DNA of 64,000 nucleotides from Squalus acanthias. Lineage: Eukaryota. Under the pieces are notes generated by a model. It saw only the letters and a list, made by a program, of their open reading frames with translations, searched no databases and was not told where the DNA came from. Position numbers and translations under genes: made by a program. Below, piece after piece: positions 1 to 12,443 of this stretch. Where the stretch lies: NCBI GenBank assembly GCA_030390025.1, contig CM059432.1, positions 69,132,001 through 69,196,000 of the forward strand. Direction: 5' to 3'. Positions within the stretch are counted from its first letter, which is position 1, and every line of letters begins with the position of its first letter.

Positions 1-2715
1 GCAGTAGTGAGAAATGATATTGGCTTAGAAGATCAAGACGTAGAATCAGTTTGGGTGGAGATAAGAAATAATAAGGGTAGAAGTCACTGGTGGGAGTGGT
101 CTACAGGCCCCCAAACAGCAGCCACACTGTAGGACGTAGTATAAATCAAGAAATAATAGAGGCTTGTAAGAAAGATACAGCTATAATCATGAGAGATTTT
201 AATCTTCATATTGATTGGACAAAGCAAATTGACAAAGGTAGACTTGAGGAAGAGTTCTGAGAGTGTATGCGGGACGGTTTCTTGGAACAATACGTTATGG
301 AACCAAACAGGGAGCAGACTATTTTAAGAGCATAAGAACATAAGAAATAGGAGCAGGAGTAGGCCTGGTAATGTGTTAAGAGGCTGGATTAATTAATGAT
401 CTCGAAGTGAAGGATCCTCTTGGGAAGAGTGATCATAGCATGGTAGAATTTCAAATTCAGTTTGAGGGTGAGAAAGCTAGGTCTCAAACTAGTGTCCTGA
501 ACTTAAACAAAGGTAATTACAAAGGTATGAAGGCAGACTTGGTTAAAGTGGACTGGGAAAATGTATTACAGAGTAAGACTGTAGAAAAGCAGTGGCAAAC
601 ATTTAAGGAGATATTTCATAACTCTCAGCAAAGATATATTCCAGTGAGAAAGAAAGACTCTAAGAGAAGGATGAACCATCCGTGGCTAACTAAGGAAGTA
701 AAGGATGGTATAAAATTGAAAACAAAGGCATACAATGTTGCAAAGAATAGTGGAAGGCCAGAGGATTGGGAACTTATTGAAAACCAGCAAAGGACAACTA
801 AAAAAATGATTAAGAGAGAGAAGATAGCTTATGAGAGTAAGCTAGCAAGAAATTTAAAAACAGACAGTAAGAGCTTCTACAGGTATATAAAAAGGAAGAG
901 AGTAGCTAAAGTAAACGTTGGTCCCCTAGAGGATGAGTCTGGGAATTAATAATGGGAAACAGGGAAATGGCGGAGACTTTGAACAAATATTTTGTATCGG
1001 TCTTCACAGTAGAAGGCACTAAAAGCATCTCAATAATGGATAATCAAGGGTCTATTGGGCTGGGGGGGGGGGGGGGAGGGGGGAACTTACAACAATGACT
1101 ATCACTAGAGAAAAAGTACTAGGCAAACTAATGGGACTAAAGGTGGACAAGTCCCCTGGACCAGATGGCCTGCATCCTTGGGTCTTAAAAGAGGTGGCTG
1201 CAGAGATAGTGGATGCATTGGTTGCAACATACCAACATTCACTGGATTCTGGAGAGGTCCCAGCGGATTGGAAAACCGCAAATGTAACGCCCCTATTTAC
1301 GAAAGGAGGGAGACAGAAAGCAGGCAACTATAGACCAGTTAGCCTAACATCTGTCATTGGGAAAATGCTGGAGTCCATCATTAAGGAAGTGGTAGCAGAA
1401 CATTTAGAAAATCATAATATAGTCAAGCAGAGACAGCATGGTTCTATGAAAGGGAAATCATGTTTGACAAATTTGCTGGAGTTCTATGAGGATGTAACGA
1501 GCAGGGTGGATAAAGGGGAAACCAGTAGATGTCATGTATTTGGATTTCCAGAAGGCATTCGATAAGGTGCCACATAAATGCTTACTGCACAAGATATGAG
1601 CTCACGGGGTTGGGGGTAATATATTAGCATTGATAGAGGATTGGCTAACTAACAGAAAACAGAGAGTCAGGATAAATGGGTCATTTTCAGGTTGGCAAAC
1701 TGTAACTAGTGGTGTGCCACAGGGATCAGTGCTGGGGCCTCAACTATTTACAACCTACATTCATGATTTGAATGAAGGGGCCGAGTGTAATGTAGCCAAA
1801 TTTGCTGATGATACAAAGATAGGTGGAAAAGCAAATTGTGTGGAGAACGCAAAGAACCTCCAAAGGGATATAGATAGGCTAAGTGTGTGGGCAAAAATCT
1901 GGCAGATGGAGTATAATGTGGGAAAATGCGAGGTTATCCACTTTGGTAGGAAAAATAAAAAAGCAAATTATTATTTAAATGGGGAGAGATTACAAAATGC
2001 AGAGGTACAGAGGGATCTGGGGGTCCTTGTACATGAGTCACAAAGTTAGCATGCAGGTACAGCATATAATTAGAAGGCAAATGGAATGTTGGCCTTTATT
2101 GCAAAGGGAATGGAGTATAAAAGTAGGGAAGTCCTGTTACAACTGTACAGGGCGTTGGTGAGACCACACCTGGAGTACTGCGTACAGTTTTGATCTCCTT
2201 ATTTAAGGAAGGATATACTTGCATTGGAGGCAGTTCAGAGAAGGTTCACGAGGTTGATTCCGGAGATGAAGGGGTTGTCTTATGAAGAAAGGTTGAGCAG
2301 GTTGGGCCTATACTCATTGGAGGTTAGAAGAATGAGAGGGGATCTTATTGAAACATATAAGATTCTGAAGGGGCTTGACAGGGTAGATGCAGAGAGGATG
2401 TTTCCCCTCATGGGGGAATCTAGAACTAGGGGGCATAATTTCAGAATAAGGGGGCACCCATTTAAAACGGAAATGAGGAGGAATTTCTTCTCTCAGAGGG
2501 TCGTGAATCTTTGGAATTCTCTTCCCCATAGGGCTGTGGAGGCTGGGTCATTGAATATATTTAACGTTGAATGGTAAGGGAGTCAAGGGTTATGGGGAAC
2601 GGGCAGGGAAGTGGAGTTGAGGCCAAGATCAGATCAGCCATGATCTTATTGAATGGCGGAGCAGGCTCGAGGGGCCAAATGACCTACTCCTGCTCCTACG
2701 TCTTATGTTCTTATG
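1..2715 (+). mobile_element. CR1-clade LINE (HER1-like), frameshifted ORF2 (end of endonuclease, RT domain) plus 3' tail; runs off the window start
   Basis: Consecutive ORF fragments 407-949, 1095-1565, 1630-2049 and 2224-2577 carry [31 protein letters not shown] and KFADDTK; ends in (CTTATGTT)n-type tail at ~2700-2715. Confidence 0.95.
325..363 (-). mobile_element. ~40-bp ultra-truncated CR1 3' tail inserted antisense inside the CR1 above
   Basis: CATAAGAACATAAGAAATAGGAGCAGGAGTAGG is the near reverse complement of the CR1 tail at 2682-2715; it interrupts the AILDLV coding stretch. Confidence 0.8.
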
Positions 2716-3992
2716 TGCTGTTAGGGAGGGAGTTCCAGGATTTTGACCTAGCGACGATGAAGGAACGGCGATATACTTCTACGTCAGGATGTTGTGTGAC
2801 TTGGAGGGGAACTTGGAGGTGGTGGTGTTCCCATGCACCTGCTGCCCTAGGTGGTAGAGGTCACGGGATTGGGAGGTGCTCCCGAAGAAGCCTTGGCTGT
2901 AATGAGGTTTGGAGCCGAGTAGTCCTGGCGGAACCGAAACTGAGCATCGGTGAGCAGGTTATTGGTGAATAAGTGTCGCTTGATAGCACTGTCGACGACA
3001 CCTTCCATCACTTTGCTGATGATTGAGAGTAGACTGATGGGGCGGTAATTGGCCTGGATTGGATTTGTCCTGCTTTTTGTGGACAGGACATACCTGGCAG
3101 TTTTCCAAATTGTCGGATAGATGCCAGTGTTATAGCTGACCTGGAACAGCTTGGCTAGAGGCGCAACTAGTTCTGGAGCACAAGTCTTCAGCACGATAGC
3201 CGGGATGTTGTCGGGGCCCACAGCCTTTGCTGTATCCAGTGCGCTCAGCCGTTTCTTGACATCACGTGGAGTGAATGGAATTGGCTGAAGACAGGTTTCT
3301 GTAGTGGTGGGGACCTCAGAAGGAGGCCGATATGGACCATCCACTCGGCACTTCTGGCTGAAGATGGTTGCAAACGCTTCAGCTTTGTCTTTTGCACTCA
3401 CGTGCTGGGTTCCACCATCATTGAGGATGGGGATATTCTTGGAGCCTCCTCCTCCCGTTCGTTGTTTAATGGTCCACCACAATTCACGACTGGATGTGGC
3501 AGGACTGCAGAGCTTTGTGGGATCGCTTAGCTCTGTCTATAGCATGCTACCTCCACTTTTTAGCATGCATGTAGTCCTGTGTTGCAGCTTCCCCAGGTTG
3601 GCACCTCATTTTTAGGTATGCCTGGTGCTGCTCCTTGCATGCTCTTCTACACTCCTTATTAAACCAGGGTTGGTCCCCTGGCTTGATGGTAATGGTAGAG
3701 TGAGGTAGAGTGATATGCCGGGCCCTGAGGTTACAGATTGTGGTGGAATACAATTCTATTGCTGATGATGGCTCACAGCGCCTCATGGATGCCCATTTTT
3801 GAGCTGCTTGATCTGTTCTGAATCTATCCCATTTAGCACAGTGGTAGTGCCACACAACACAGTTGAGGGTGTCCTCAGTGTGAAGACGGGACTTAGTCTC
3901 CACAATGACTGTGTGGTGGTCACTGCTACCAATGCTGTCATGGACAGATGCATCTGTGACAGGTAGATTGGTGAGGACGAGGTCAAGTAGGT
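2716..3992 (-). mobile_element. Second CR1-group LINE family, internally deleted fragment (EN end / RT start plus part of the 3' region)
   Basis: ORFs 3547-4239 (LDLVLTN, GSSDHH, PWFN) and 2847-3482 (KAVGPDNIP, NYRPISLLS); 2716-2893 matches 46052-46231. Confidence 0.88.
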
Positions 3993-4394
3993 TTACGTTA
4001 TATAGCACCTTGCATGACCTCAGGTCCTTCCAAAGCACTTTACAGCCAATTAAGTACTTTTGAAGCATAATCACTTTTAATGTAGGCGATGCAGCAGCCA
4101 ATTTACGCATATCAAACTGCAATGTGATAATGGCCAGATCATCTGTTTTTAGGTGTTGGATGAGGGCTGAATATTGGCCAGGACACCATGGAGAACTCCC
4201 CTGCTCTTCTTCGAAATAGTGCCATGGGATCTTAAACATCCACCTGAGAGGACAGACAGGGCATCAGTTTAATGTCTCATTCGAAAGACATCACCTCAAA
4301 CAGTGCAGTGCTCCCTCAGTACTGCACTGCATTGTCGGCCTAGAATTTTCACTCAAGTCTCGAGAGTGCTGGCAACTGAGCCTCAGCTGACACT
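3993..4394 (-). mobile_element. tRNA-derived DeuSINE (SacSINE1-like)
   Basis: Reverse complement aligns with the copy at 14184-14600, including the Deu-domain core GTCTTTCGRATGAGACATTAAAC...GATCCCATGGCACTATTTCGAAGAAGAGCAGG. Confidence 0.85.
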
Positions 4395-6216
4395 GTTTCT
4401 CAGGCAGTTGCAAGAATGTCCACTGGGCCTAGCATAGTCTGCTTTGTGGGTTAATGTTGGGCATGGCACTTCCTCCTCTGATGTTGCCTCATCTATCTGC
4501 TATCCATCATGGTTTCCCTTTTGTCGGCATCCTCCTCCAGGTGGCTCAGGTATAGCGGCTCCCTGAATGAGACACCCATTATGTGTTTTTTGGCTGGTGA
4601 ATTCAAAGGTGGAAAGGTTGGAATCCCTCCATAACCTGCCAACAAATGTTTAAACAGGTTCTTGCCAAAATGTTGGTTCCAATTTGCAAGCACCAACCAA
4701 CAATGGCTTCCTGTATGTTAGCAAGTAAAATTCTAACTTGCCCTGGTCATAGCAATCTGGGGGCAATCAGCATCTCACCTATGACTGGTGGAAATACAGG
4801 AATAAAGGTCGCAGGTCTGTATGACGTCATTGGAACCTCATTATCATAGAAATTGAATAGCAATGAACCCTCTCTCCCCCTAAGGCACAAGAGTATAACA
4901 TTTTTTTTCCATGGATAAACATGGCAGTGCTATTAGGGCACCAATCAGGCATGGTGGGATATCACCGAAGTTTCTGATTTGTTGCCTTCCAGAGTGGATG
5001 CAAATTGAGCACTAAACCAAGGACAATTGACCTTAATTTTCGAAAATGATGCATATTGAGGGAAATTTTCCAGCTGAGTCTCACCTGTTGGGAGCACAGT
5101 CGGAAAATGACCCTTATTTTGAATATTTACGATTTGATTCCGGATAATTTGAAGAATTTAATAATATTGTCCTATTATGATTATTCTTTCATTCTGGAGT
5201 GAAAGAAAGGACACGTTGTTCCTCTCATACAGCAATATGGAGTGTATTCACTGGGTGGTTCAATCATTTAAAAGCTGGGATAAGAAATTGCTAGCAAACT
5301 TAGATTATACATAGGACTTGATTGTTTTCATCAGTGTCAACACTCATGAGCTTCTCAGAAAGAATAAAATGATATATGTAAAAATATTGAAATATTATCA
5401 TAGAAAAATATTTGTACTTTTGCAATGAATGTCTTAAATCTAACGTGAGCCCATCAAATCTTGAAATGTCACACTTTAAATTATATTAATAAAACAGCAA
5501 CAAATCACAACTAAAAAACACTTTTTAAACGGTAGAGAAAAAAAGCCAAAGAAAGCCAATCATTGCCTTCTGTTTATTCTGGCCTTGATAGCCTCCCCAA
5601 GGTGAGCAACCAGAGATTTACATATAGCTGCCAATCTAGAAAAACAGGAATTACCCTCCAATTAACCTCAGAATATAACTAGTTAGGCCATTTTTCTGCA
5701 GTGATTCAGTGAACAGTTGCCTTAATGGAACAGGCCAGATTAAACACAAGAATGTAAACACAATAACCTGGTAAGATCTAATGGAACACTTGCCAGCTGT
5801 GAAGTGGCATGATTTCTGTTGGGGCCCTTGGAAACTACACCAGAGAAAGGTGATCGACTCTAGAGGAGATTACCTTCAAAACAATGCCTGCATGCTTCCT
5901 TAAGAGCAGAGTAGAAGGAATGTGGCTTCTCCTATAGGCCCTAACTTCTGCCCTCAGAGTGGCATGGCTGCTCCAATTTTCCTCTGAGCTGGGTGTGTCT
6001 GAGGCAACGTTACACGTTGATGTTGACCACCCCCATGATTTGGGACAAGGTTTATGGCTTTCTGTGACGACGTACTGGAGTTTTGTTCTGCTTCCACTTC
6101 TGCTGGTAGAGCAGAACTCTGGGAATTTCAGCCCCCACAACTCCACCTTAGATGCTAAATATCAAAAATGAGAAGTCGCACAACACCAGGTTATAGTCCA
6201 ACAGATTTATTTAATT

Positions 6217-6255
6217 TTACAAGCTTTCGGAGCAGTTCGCTCCTTCGTCAGGTAA
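6217..6255 (-). ncRNA. Minimal type I hammerhead ribozyme in Penelope pLTR
   Basis: Minus strand reads TTAC-CTGACGA-A-GGAGC-gaact-GCTCC-GAAA-GCTT-GTAA. Confidence 0.82.
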
Positions 6256-6478
6256 GTTTAGCAGTGAGAGAAACTCCCAGAATTCACAATTTAAACACAG
6301 ACAAAATATATTCAAATCTTTCCCTACATCAAAGAGCATAGCCAAGACAATGAGATGTGTCCCAGGGGGTCCAACGTGTCAAACCACCTGCTGGCTGCAT
6401 ATCCTGTCAATCTGTGTAGGTTCTTGTGTTAGCCTTTTTAAAAAAAAAACACCTGGGAAGACCGGCCATGATGTCAAG

Positions 6479-6660
6479 TCACGTTCTGTATCGTGACATG
6501 AACCCGATATCGCGATTGAGGCCATCCTCATGAGTGCGGAACTTGGCTATCAGTTTCTGCTCTATGATTTTGCGCTGTCGTGTATCTCGAAGGCCGCCTT
6601 GGAGAACGCTTACCCGCATATCCGAGGCTGAATGCCCCTGGCTGCTGAAGTGTTCCCCGA
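6479..6660 (-). pseudogene. C-terminal fragment of Penelope GIY-YIG endonuclease
   Basis: Hand translation GEHFSSQGHSASDMRVSVLQGGLRDTRQRKIIEQKLIAKFRTHEDGLNRDIGFMSRYRT* (HF..H, R...E, GLN motifs). Confidence 0.88.
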
Positions 6661-6695
6661 ATTGTGAATTCTGGGAGATTCTCTCACTGCTAAAC

Positions 6696-6734
6696 TTACC
6701 TGACGAAGGAGCGAACTGCTCCGAAAGCTTGTAA
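6696..6734 (+). ncRNA. Minimal type I hammerhead ribozyme in inverted Penelope pLTR
   Basis: Stem I TTAC/GTAA, core CTGACGA, stem II GGAGC/GCTCC, GAAA, palindromic helix III AAGCTT. Confidence 0.82.
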
Positions 6735-6921
6735 AATTAAATAAATCTGTTGGACTATAACCTGGTGTTGTGCGACTTCTCATTTTTGTCCACCCCAGTC
6801 CAACGCCGGCATCTCCACATCATGACCGCTAAATATCAAAACTGTGCTCCAGACCTCAGACCAACCATGAGCAGTGCCACAGGAAATTAGCAAACATTCA
6901 AATTGATCAATACTTTAAAAT

Positions 6922-7360
6922 GGGGGATGAATTTCTGTGGGGGTCCTCCAGCTCATCGGCCATAACTTCAGCAGACAAGCCACAGAAAGATCGGAAAAAT
7001 GGCGTATCGCTCTTTATGCCGTATTTCCAGGGTTTCTACGTTTTTTTCCACCAAAGTTATGGTGGATGAGCGGGAGAAACACAATAGAAGTTCACCCCCT
7101 CCCCCAGGTTGCTAGAAGTCCTGACGAGGGACATTTTAGTAATAATACATTACGCGTATAATTTCAATTAAAGGAAAGACATTTGGAAACATTGTGCGAT
7201 AATGTAAAACAAGTGATAGCGAATTGGCAGCTTGTTTTATATCTCTCCCGATTTTTATTTCCATTTGCTTCATTGGAAATAAAAACCAGGAGTAATGTAA
7301 AACGGGCTGCCGATTCGCTATCACCCGATTTATACTAATACCCAAAGCCAAAATCACCCC
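6922..7360. mobile_element. Harbinger-type MITE (possibly composite)
   Basis: Ends GGGGGATGAATTT / AAAATCACCCC; 7195-7360 matches 38380-38548. Confidence 0.6.
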
Positions 7361-8170
7361 ATCTTGTTTTCCTTTTCCAATAGTTTTTCTGTGAAATTAA
7401 TTATTCATCAGTAATGAATAATATAATTTTTTTAGATGACAGTACTTGGTGATGAAGACTTTCAGGATTTATCAGACTGTCTTTGAAGAGGACTGTTAAG
7501 TTGTTGCTGTGCTACTGTAGCAAGCTATGCATTATGGCTGGGTGTTTTATATCACAGAGCACCATTATCATGAAAATTCATTTGGCAAACCTGTTTTTCA
7601 TTTGTTTACAGATACATGACACATTGATGTAAATCACAATTAATTATATTATCACGCCACATGTATGACATCATCAGGATGTCTTTTTGGCTCATCTCTC
7701 GCCACAATCACTCTTTGTGCAGACTTTTAAGCCATTGCACCCAGGGGGAAATATGGACCAGTCCCTTTAGCCACATTGTCTGACAATCAGTTTTGCCATT
7801 TAGCAGATAAGCTTCGGCCAGAAAAAAAATATATAGTTATTTTTCTTAGAACAAATAAATCAGCTGCCAAAACTATACATCTGGGGAAGGATCTTCAACC
7901 TATGTTTTTCAAGACCAGACTAAGATGCTCCAACATAAACACATTTATTGTCCTCTGTGCAGGAAGTTGGATGTGGATCTGCTCGCCCAACCCAATTCAC
8001 AGTAAAGTCTGTCTGCTGCTGTCTCATTTCACTGTTACCAAGCCTTACTCTGTATTACATCAATTATTTTTTTTATCTTTCATGGTCATCATAATGTTAC
8101 ATTTTGCTGTCTCATGTTGCAAGGATTTTTTGACTTTATTGTACTGTATTCACTGCTCACGATGCGGTCT

Positions 8171-9467
8171 CATAGAATCATAGAATGGTTACAGCACGGA
8201 AGGAGACCATTCGGCCCGTTGAGCCCGTGCCGGCTCTCTGCAAGAGCACTTCAGCTAGTCTCCACTCCCCCACCCTTTCCCTGTAGCCCTGCAATTTTTT
8301 TTCCTTCAGGTACTTTTCCAATTCCCCTTTGAAAGCCACAATTGAATCTGCCTCCACCACCCTTTCAGCAGTGCATTCCAGATCATAACCACTCACTGCG
8401 TAAAAAGTTTTCCCTCCTGTCGTCTTTGGTTCTTCTGCCAATCACCTTGAATCTGTGTCCTCTGGTTCTCGATCATTCTGCCAATGGGAACAGTTTCTCT
8501 CTATCTACTCTGTCAAGACCCTTCATGATTTTGAGCACCTCTATCAAATCTCCTTTCAATCTTCTCTGCTCTAAGGAGAACAACCCCAGCTTCTCCAGTC
8601 TATCCACATAACTGAAGTCCCTCATCCCTGGAATCATTCTTGTAAATCTTTTCTGCACCCTCCCAGAGGCCTTCACATCCTTCCTAAAGTGCGGTGCCCA
8701 GAATTGGATATAATACTCCAGTTGTGGCCGAACCAGTGTTTTATAAAGGTTCATCATAACTTCCTTGCTTTTGTACTCTATGAGGAAGGGGCGACAGCTC
8801 CGAAAGCTTGTAATTTTAAATAAATCTGTTGGACTATAACCTGGTGTTGTGCGACTTCTCTATTTATGAAGCCCAGGATCCCATATGCTTTTTTAACCGC
8901 TTTCTCAGCCTGCCCTGCCACCTTCAACAATTTGCGCACATATACCCCCAGGTCTCTCTGTTCATGCACCCCCTTTAGGATTGTACCCTTTAATTTATAT
9001 TGCCTCTCCTTGTTCTTCCTACCAAAATGTATCACTTCTGAGTTAAATTTCATCTGCCACATGTCTGCCCATTCCACCAGCCTGTCTATGTCCTCTTGAA
9101 GTCTATCACTATCCTCCTCACTGTTTACTATACTTCCAAATTTTGTGTCATTTGCAGATTTTGAAATTGTGCCCTGTACACCCAAGTCCAAGTCATTATA
9201 TCAAGAAAAGCAGTGGTCCTAGTACCGGCCCCTGGATAACACCACTGTATACCTTCCTCCAGTCTGAAAAACAACCGTTCACCACTACTCTCTGTTTCCT
9301 GTCACTTAGCCAATTTCGTATCCATGCTGCCACTGTCCCTTTTATTCCATGGGCTTCAACTTTGTTGGCTAGCCTATTATGTGCCACTTTGTCGAACGCC
9401 CTTTGGAAATCCCTGTACACCACGTCATTGCCCTATCAACCCTTTCTGTTACCTCATCAAAAACTCC
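8171..9467 (-). mobile_element. 5'-truncated CR1 LINE
   Basis: ORFs 9196-9423 (DFQRAFDKV), 8778-9191 and 8473-8757 (LVRPQLEY, FSLEQRRL); (CATAGAAT)n tail at 8171. Confidence 0.93.
8781..8860 (+). mobile_element. Penelope family A pLTR fragment with degraded hammerhead, inserted into CR1
   Basis: GCTCCGAAAGCTTGTAATTTTAAATAAATCTGTTGGACTATAACCTGGTGTTGTGCGACTTCTC matches 6718-6781. Confidence 0.88.
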
Positions 9468-10112
9468 TGTAGATTGGGGAGATCAAACGCAGATTGGGTG
9501 ATGCTTTGCGGAACACCTCTGTTCAGTCCGCAAACGTGACCCCGAGCTTCTGGTCGCCTGTCATTTTAATTCTCTGGACCACACCCACTCTGACCTCTCT
9601 GTCCTTGGCCTCCTACAATGTTCCAATGAAGCTCAATGTAAACTCGAGGAACAGCACCTCATCGTTCTATTAGGCACTTTACAGCCTTCTGGACTCAACA
9701 CTGAGTTCAACAATTTCAGACCATAACTTCTGCCCCCATTTCTTTGGACGGCAGCTGTTGCTGATGATTCTGCTGCTGCCATTTACAGCTCCTCTAGACC
9801 CATCTTTTGTTTCTTTAGTTGTTCCATTACCATCTCCTTTTGCCTTGCATCATTATCCCTTTTGTCATTTAATCTCTCCTGCCTTCCAGCCTATCACAGA
9901 CCTTCCCTTTTGTTCTTCTCTCCCCCCACCCCACTTTCCCTGCCCCTGCACTTGCTTAAAATCTGTTACAACTTTAACCTTTTCCAGGTCATCGACCTGA
10001 AATGTTAACTTTGTTTCTCTCTCCACAGAAGCTGCCTGACCTGCTGAGTATTTCCAACATTTTCTGTTTTTATTTCAGATTTCCAGCATCCGCAGTATTT
10101 TGCTTTTGTATT
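9468..10112 (+). mobile_element. Penelope-like element family B, 3' part (GIY-YIG end, UTR, pLTR; hammerhead core deleted)
   Basis: Degenerate IGE.KRRLGD..AEHL...HFNS...KLEEQHLI..LGTLQPSGLN.EFNNF*; aligns with 23640-24302. Confidence 0.88.
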
Positions 10113-10119
10113 TTTTGAC

Positions 10120-10345
10120 TTTTCTTCCTCCATTCCTGAAGGCAGCGACGGGTACTGGGATTCAGTTCAGTAGGCATCTGCAGCCCTCCAATAACTCACC
10201 CAAATAGGCATTCTTCATGTATGAGCCTAGACAAGCTATTCAACCATGGAGGGCATCATAGGCAAGCCAGATCCTGTCCACACCTGGCAGTAGGAATTCT
10301 TTTGCTAAATAGGGCTGATTTTTCTGATCCTTGCACCTGGGAACA
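10120..10345 (-). mobile_element. Old SINE (tentatively AmnSINE2-like family)
   Basis: Reverse complement resembles 14603-14770 and 36830-37160; family name from memory only. Confidence 0.55.
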
Positions 10346-10349
10346 CTCT

Positions 10350-11096
10350 GAGCTGGATTTTCATGGAGATCGGGTTTCCCGCAGGCTCTGTTGACTTTAA
10401 CGGGCAGGGCCTGATTTGCATCAGAAGCCTCTGTTTCCCACCTGTAGCCAGCCAGATGGAGAGGTTGGCTGGCTGCGGGCGGGTAGGCCTACGGCACTAG
10501 TGCATACAGAGGAGGGAGGGAGGGATCGGGTGGAGGCCTGTGCCAGCCTCCGGAGGTTTTGGTGGGGAGGCAAGTGGAGATCGGGGCCTCCAGAGGACCT
10601 GGGGTGGGGGGCAAGAGGAGATCGGGCCGCTGAGGGACTGGGGGGGTGGTGGAGGCAAGAGAAGATCGGGACCGGCCACCTCTTGCTCATCGGTGGTTGG
10701 GGTGGAGCGACGCTTCGTGAGAGGGTCTCCGATCACTGGGTGTGGGTTAGGCAGGGACCCTGGATCCAGGAGGTAAGTGTAAAGGCACTTACCTCCTGGA
10801 TGCAGCAGCCCTGCCTTGCTGTAACTGCCAGGTTTTACAAAGTGTGTAAAACCCGACCAGAAGCAGTTTAAAAAAATGGAGGTTAAAGAAGAGCCTTCCA
10901 GCCTCATTATAATATTTAAATTGACATCCCGTTTCCTGGGAGCAGATTGGCTGCCTGGTCCCCGTCCCACCTCCCGTCAAGACTCCCGTCCCATCTCCGT
11001 TAAAACCGGAAGTGGGCGAGTTCAGGTTGGGAATTTTTACCAATTTAACTACCCCCACGCTCCAAACCCACCCGTTTTTTAGGTTAAAATTCCCCC
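10350..11096. mobile_element. Harbinger-type non-autonomous element / MITE
   Basis: Ends GAGCTGGATTTT / AAAATTCCCCC; internal CAGCCTCATTATAATATTTAAAT..CCGGAAGTGGGC block shared with 47385-47520. Confidence 0.62.
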
Positions 11097-12443
11097 CTCT
11101 GTCTCTGCCATTTTACATTGCCCCAGAATTTTGGGGATTTTTCTTGGAGGGCAGAACTTTTCCTCCCACCTCGTTTTCTGACTGCAAGGCTTGCTAGACG
11201 CCCCAGTGCAGTTGGGGGTGGGGGTAGCAGGGGCTGGGGGGGGGGGGGGGGGGGGGGGTGGGGGGGGGGGGGGGCAATGCCCAGAAAAGATGAAGCTGCA
11301 GCTTGTCCCAGAAAGCAGTTGTCTGAAGGTTCAGCAGCGACCCCAGGGGGAAGGTTGAAGATATGAAGGTGGGCATACTTCAATCATATTTGACTCCCCA
11401 GGGGGTCCCAGGATCCTGGAGCCCAATCAGGATCTTCTGGCTGCTATTGTATCTTACTTTTCTGCCCATTTCTGCTGGTGTCAGGCCCCGCCAGGAGACA
11501 GCCCACATCTAAGTAGGCCAGAGCAGGAAACTCAAGCAATCCTGCCTGGACAATAACACCTTTCAAATGCACTGCTGCTGTCTAGTGATGTGCAGGGTAG
11601 GGGAAGTAAAATCAGCCCTATTGTGTGTAGCTACATCATAAATGATTTGTGTGAAAATATCCTGCTCAGTATTTCTAGCAAAATGGTAAGCGCACCCTGA
11701 AAGAATTTTACAATTTTGCTAGAAATATTAAATGGAGAAAATCTTCATGAACTCATTTATGACATTGCTATATATCATTATGGAAGCTTGTTTACGGTCT
11801 GTTTTTAGGAAAATAAAAACAAGTCCAATAGAAAACCCTCTTTTTAATTTTGGCTAAGTACATGTTTACAGGTTTTATTGGGTTGTAGCTACAGAAAATA
11901 AATTCCCACTTCCACTTTTTTGAGCATTTACTTCAACCATTAGAAAACAGACTCAGGTGCTTCACCTGCTGAGAATGACAGCATTGTGTTGTATTGATTT
12001 TTTATCTTCCTCTAATTCCTCTATTTGAAGCACGCCACTAAGCATTTAAAACAATACTCAACCTTCCTGAAGGACTGGGGTTAAAGACACCACTGGTGAA
12101 TTACTAAATTATACAAACCAGAAGATCCCAGCCCTTCATTTCCATGGAAACTGTGTCAATCTGCCCTAACTGCGATGGGAGATCGGTGGAACCTTTGGAG
12201 AAACAACATAAATAGCTGAAAAATGACATTTACACTATTTCTCCAGGCGTTTTGCTGATCTCCCACTGAAGTTACACTGGGATAGCAGGACAATCCTCAG
12301 GGAAATTTAGGTCTCCATGTTTGAATTCTGAACAGTGCTAAGTCAGTTAGGGGTGCAAATGGGTTCTACAATTTGCCACAGTGCCCCTGGGTTAGGGAGG
12401 GGAAAAATCACCCAGGGTTCCTGCTCATGATTGCCATCCATGA

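Larger units (their letters stand above)
6168..6827 (-). mobile_element. Penelope-like element family A, 5'-truncated, with inverted pseudo-LTR
   Basis: 14-bp TSD GCTAAATATCAAAA (6154-6167 / 6828-6841); ~125-bp inverted arms (to 6290 and from 6661); GIY-YIG C-terminus between the arms. Confidence 0.92.
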
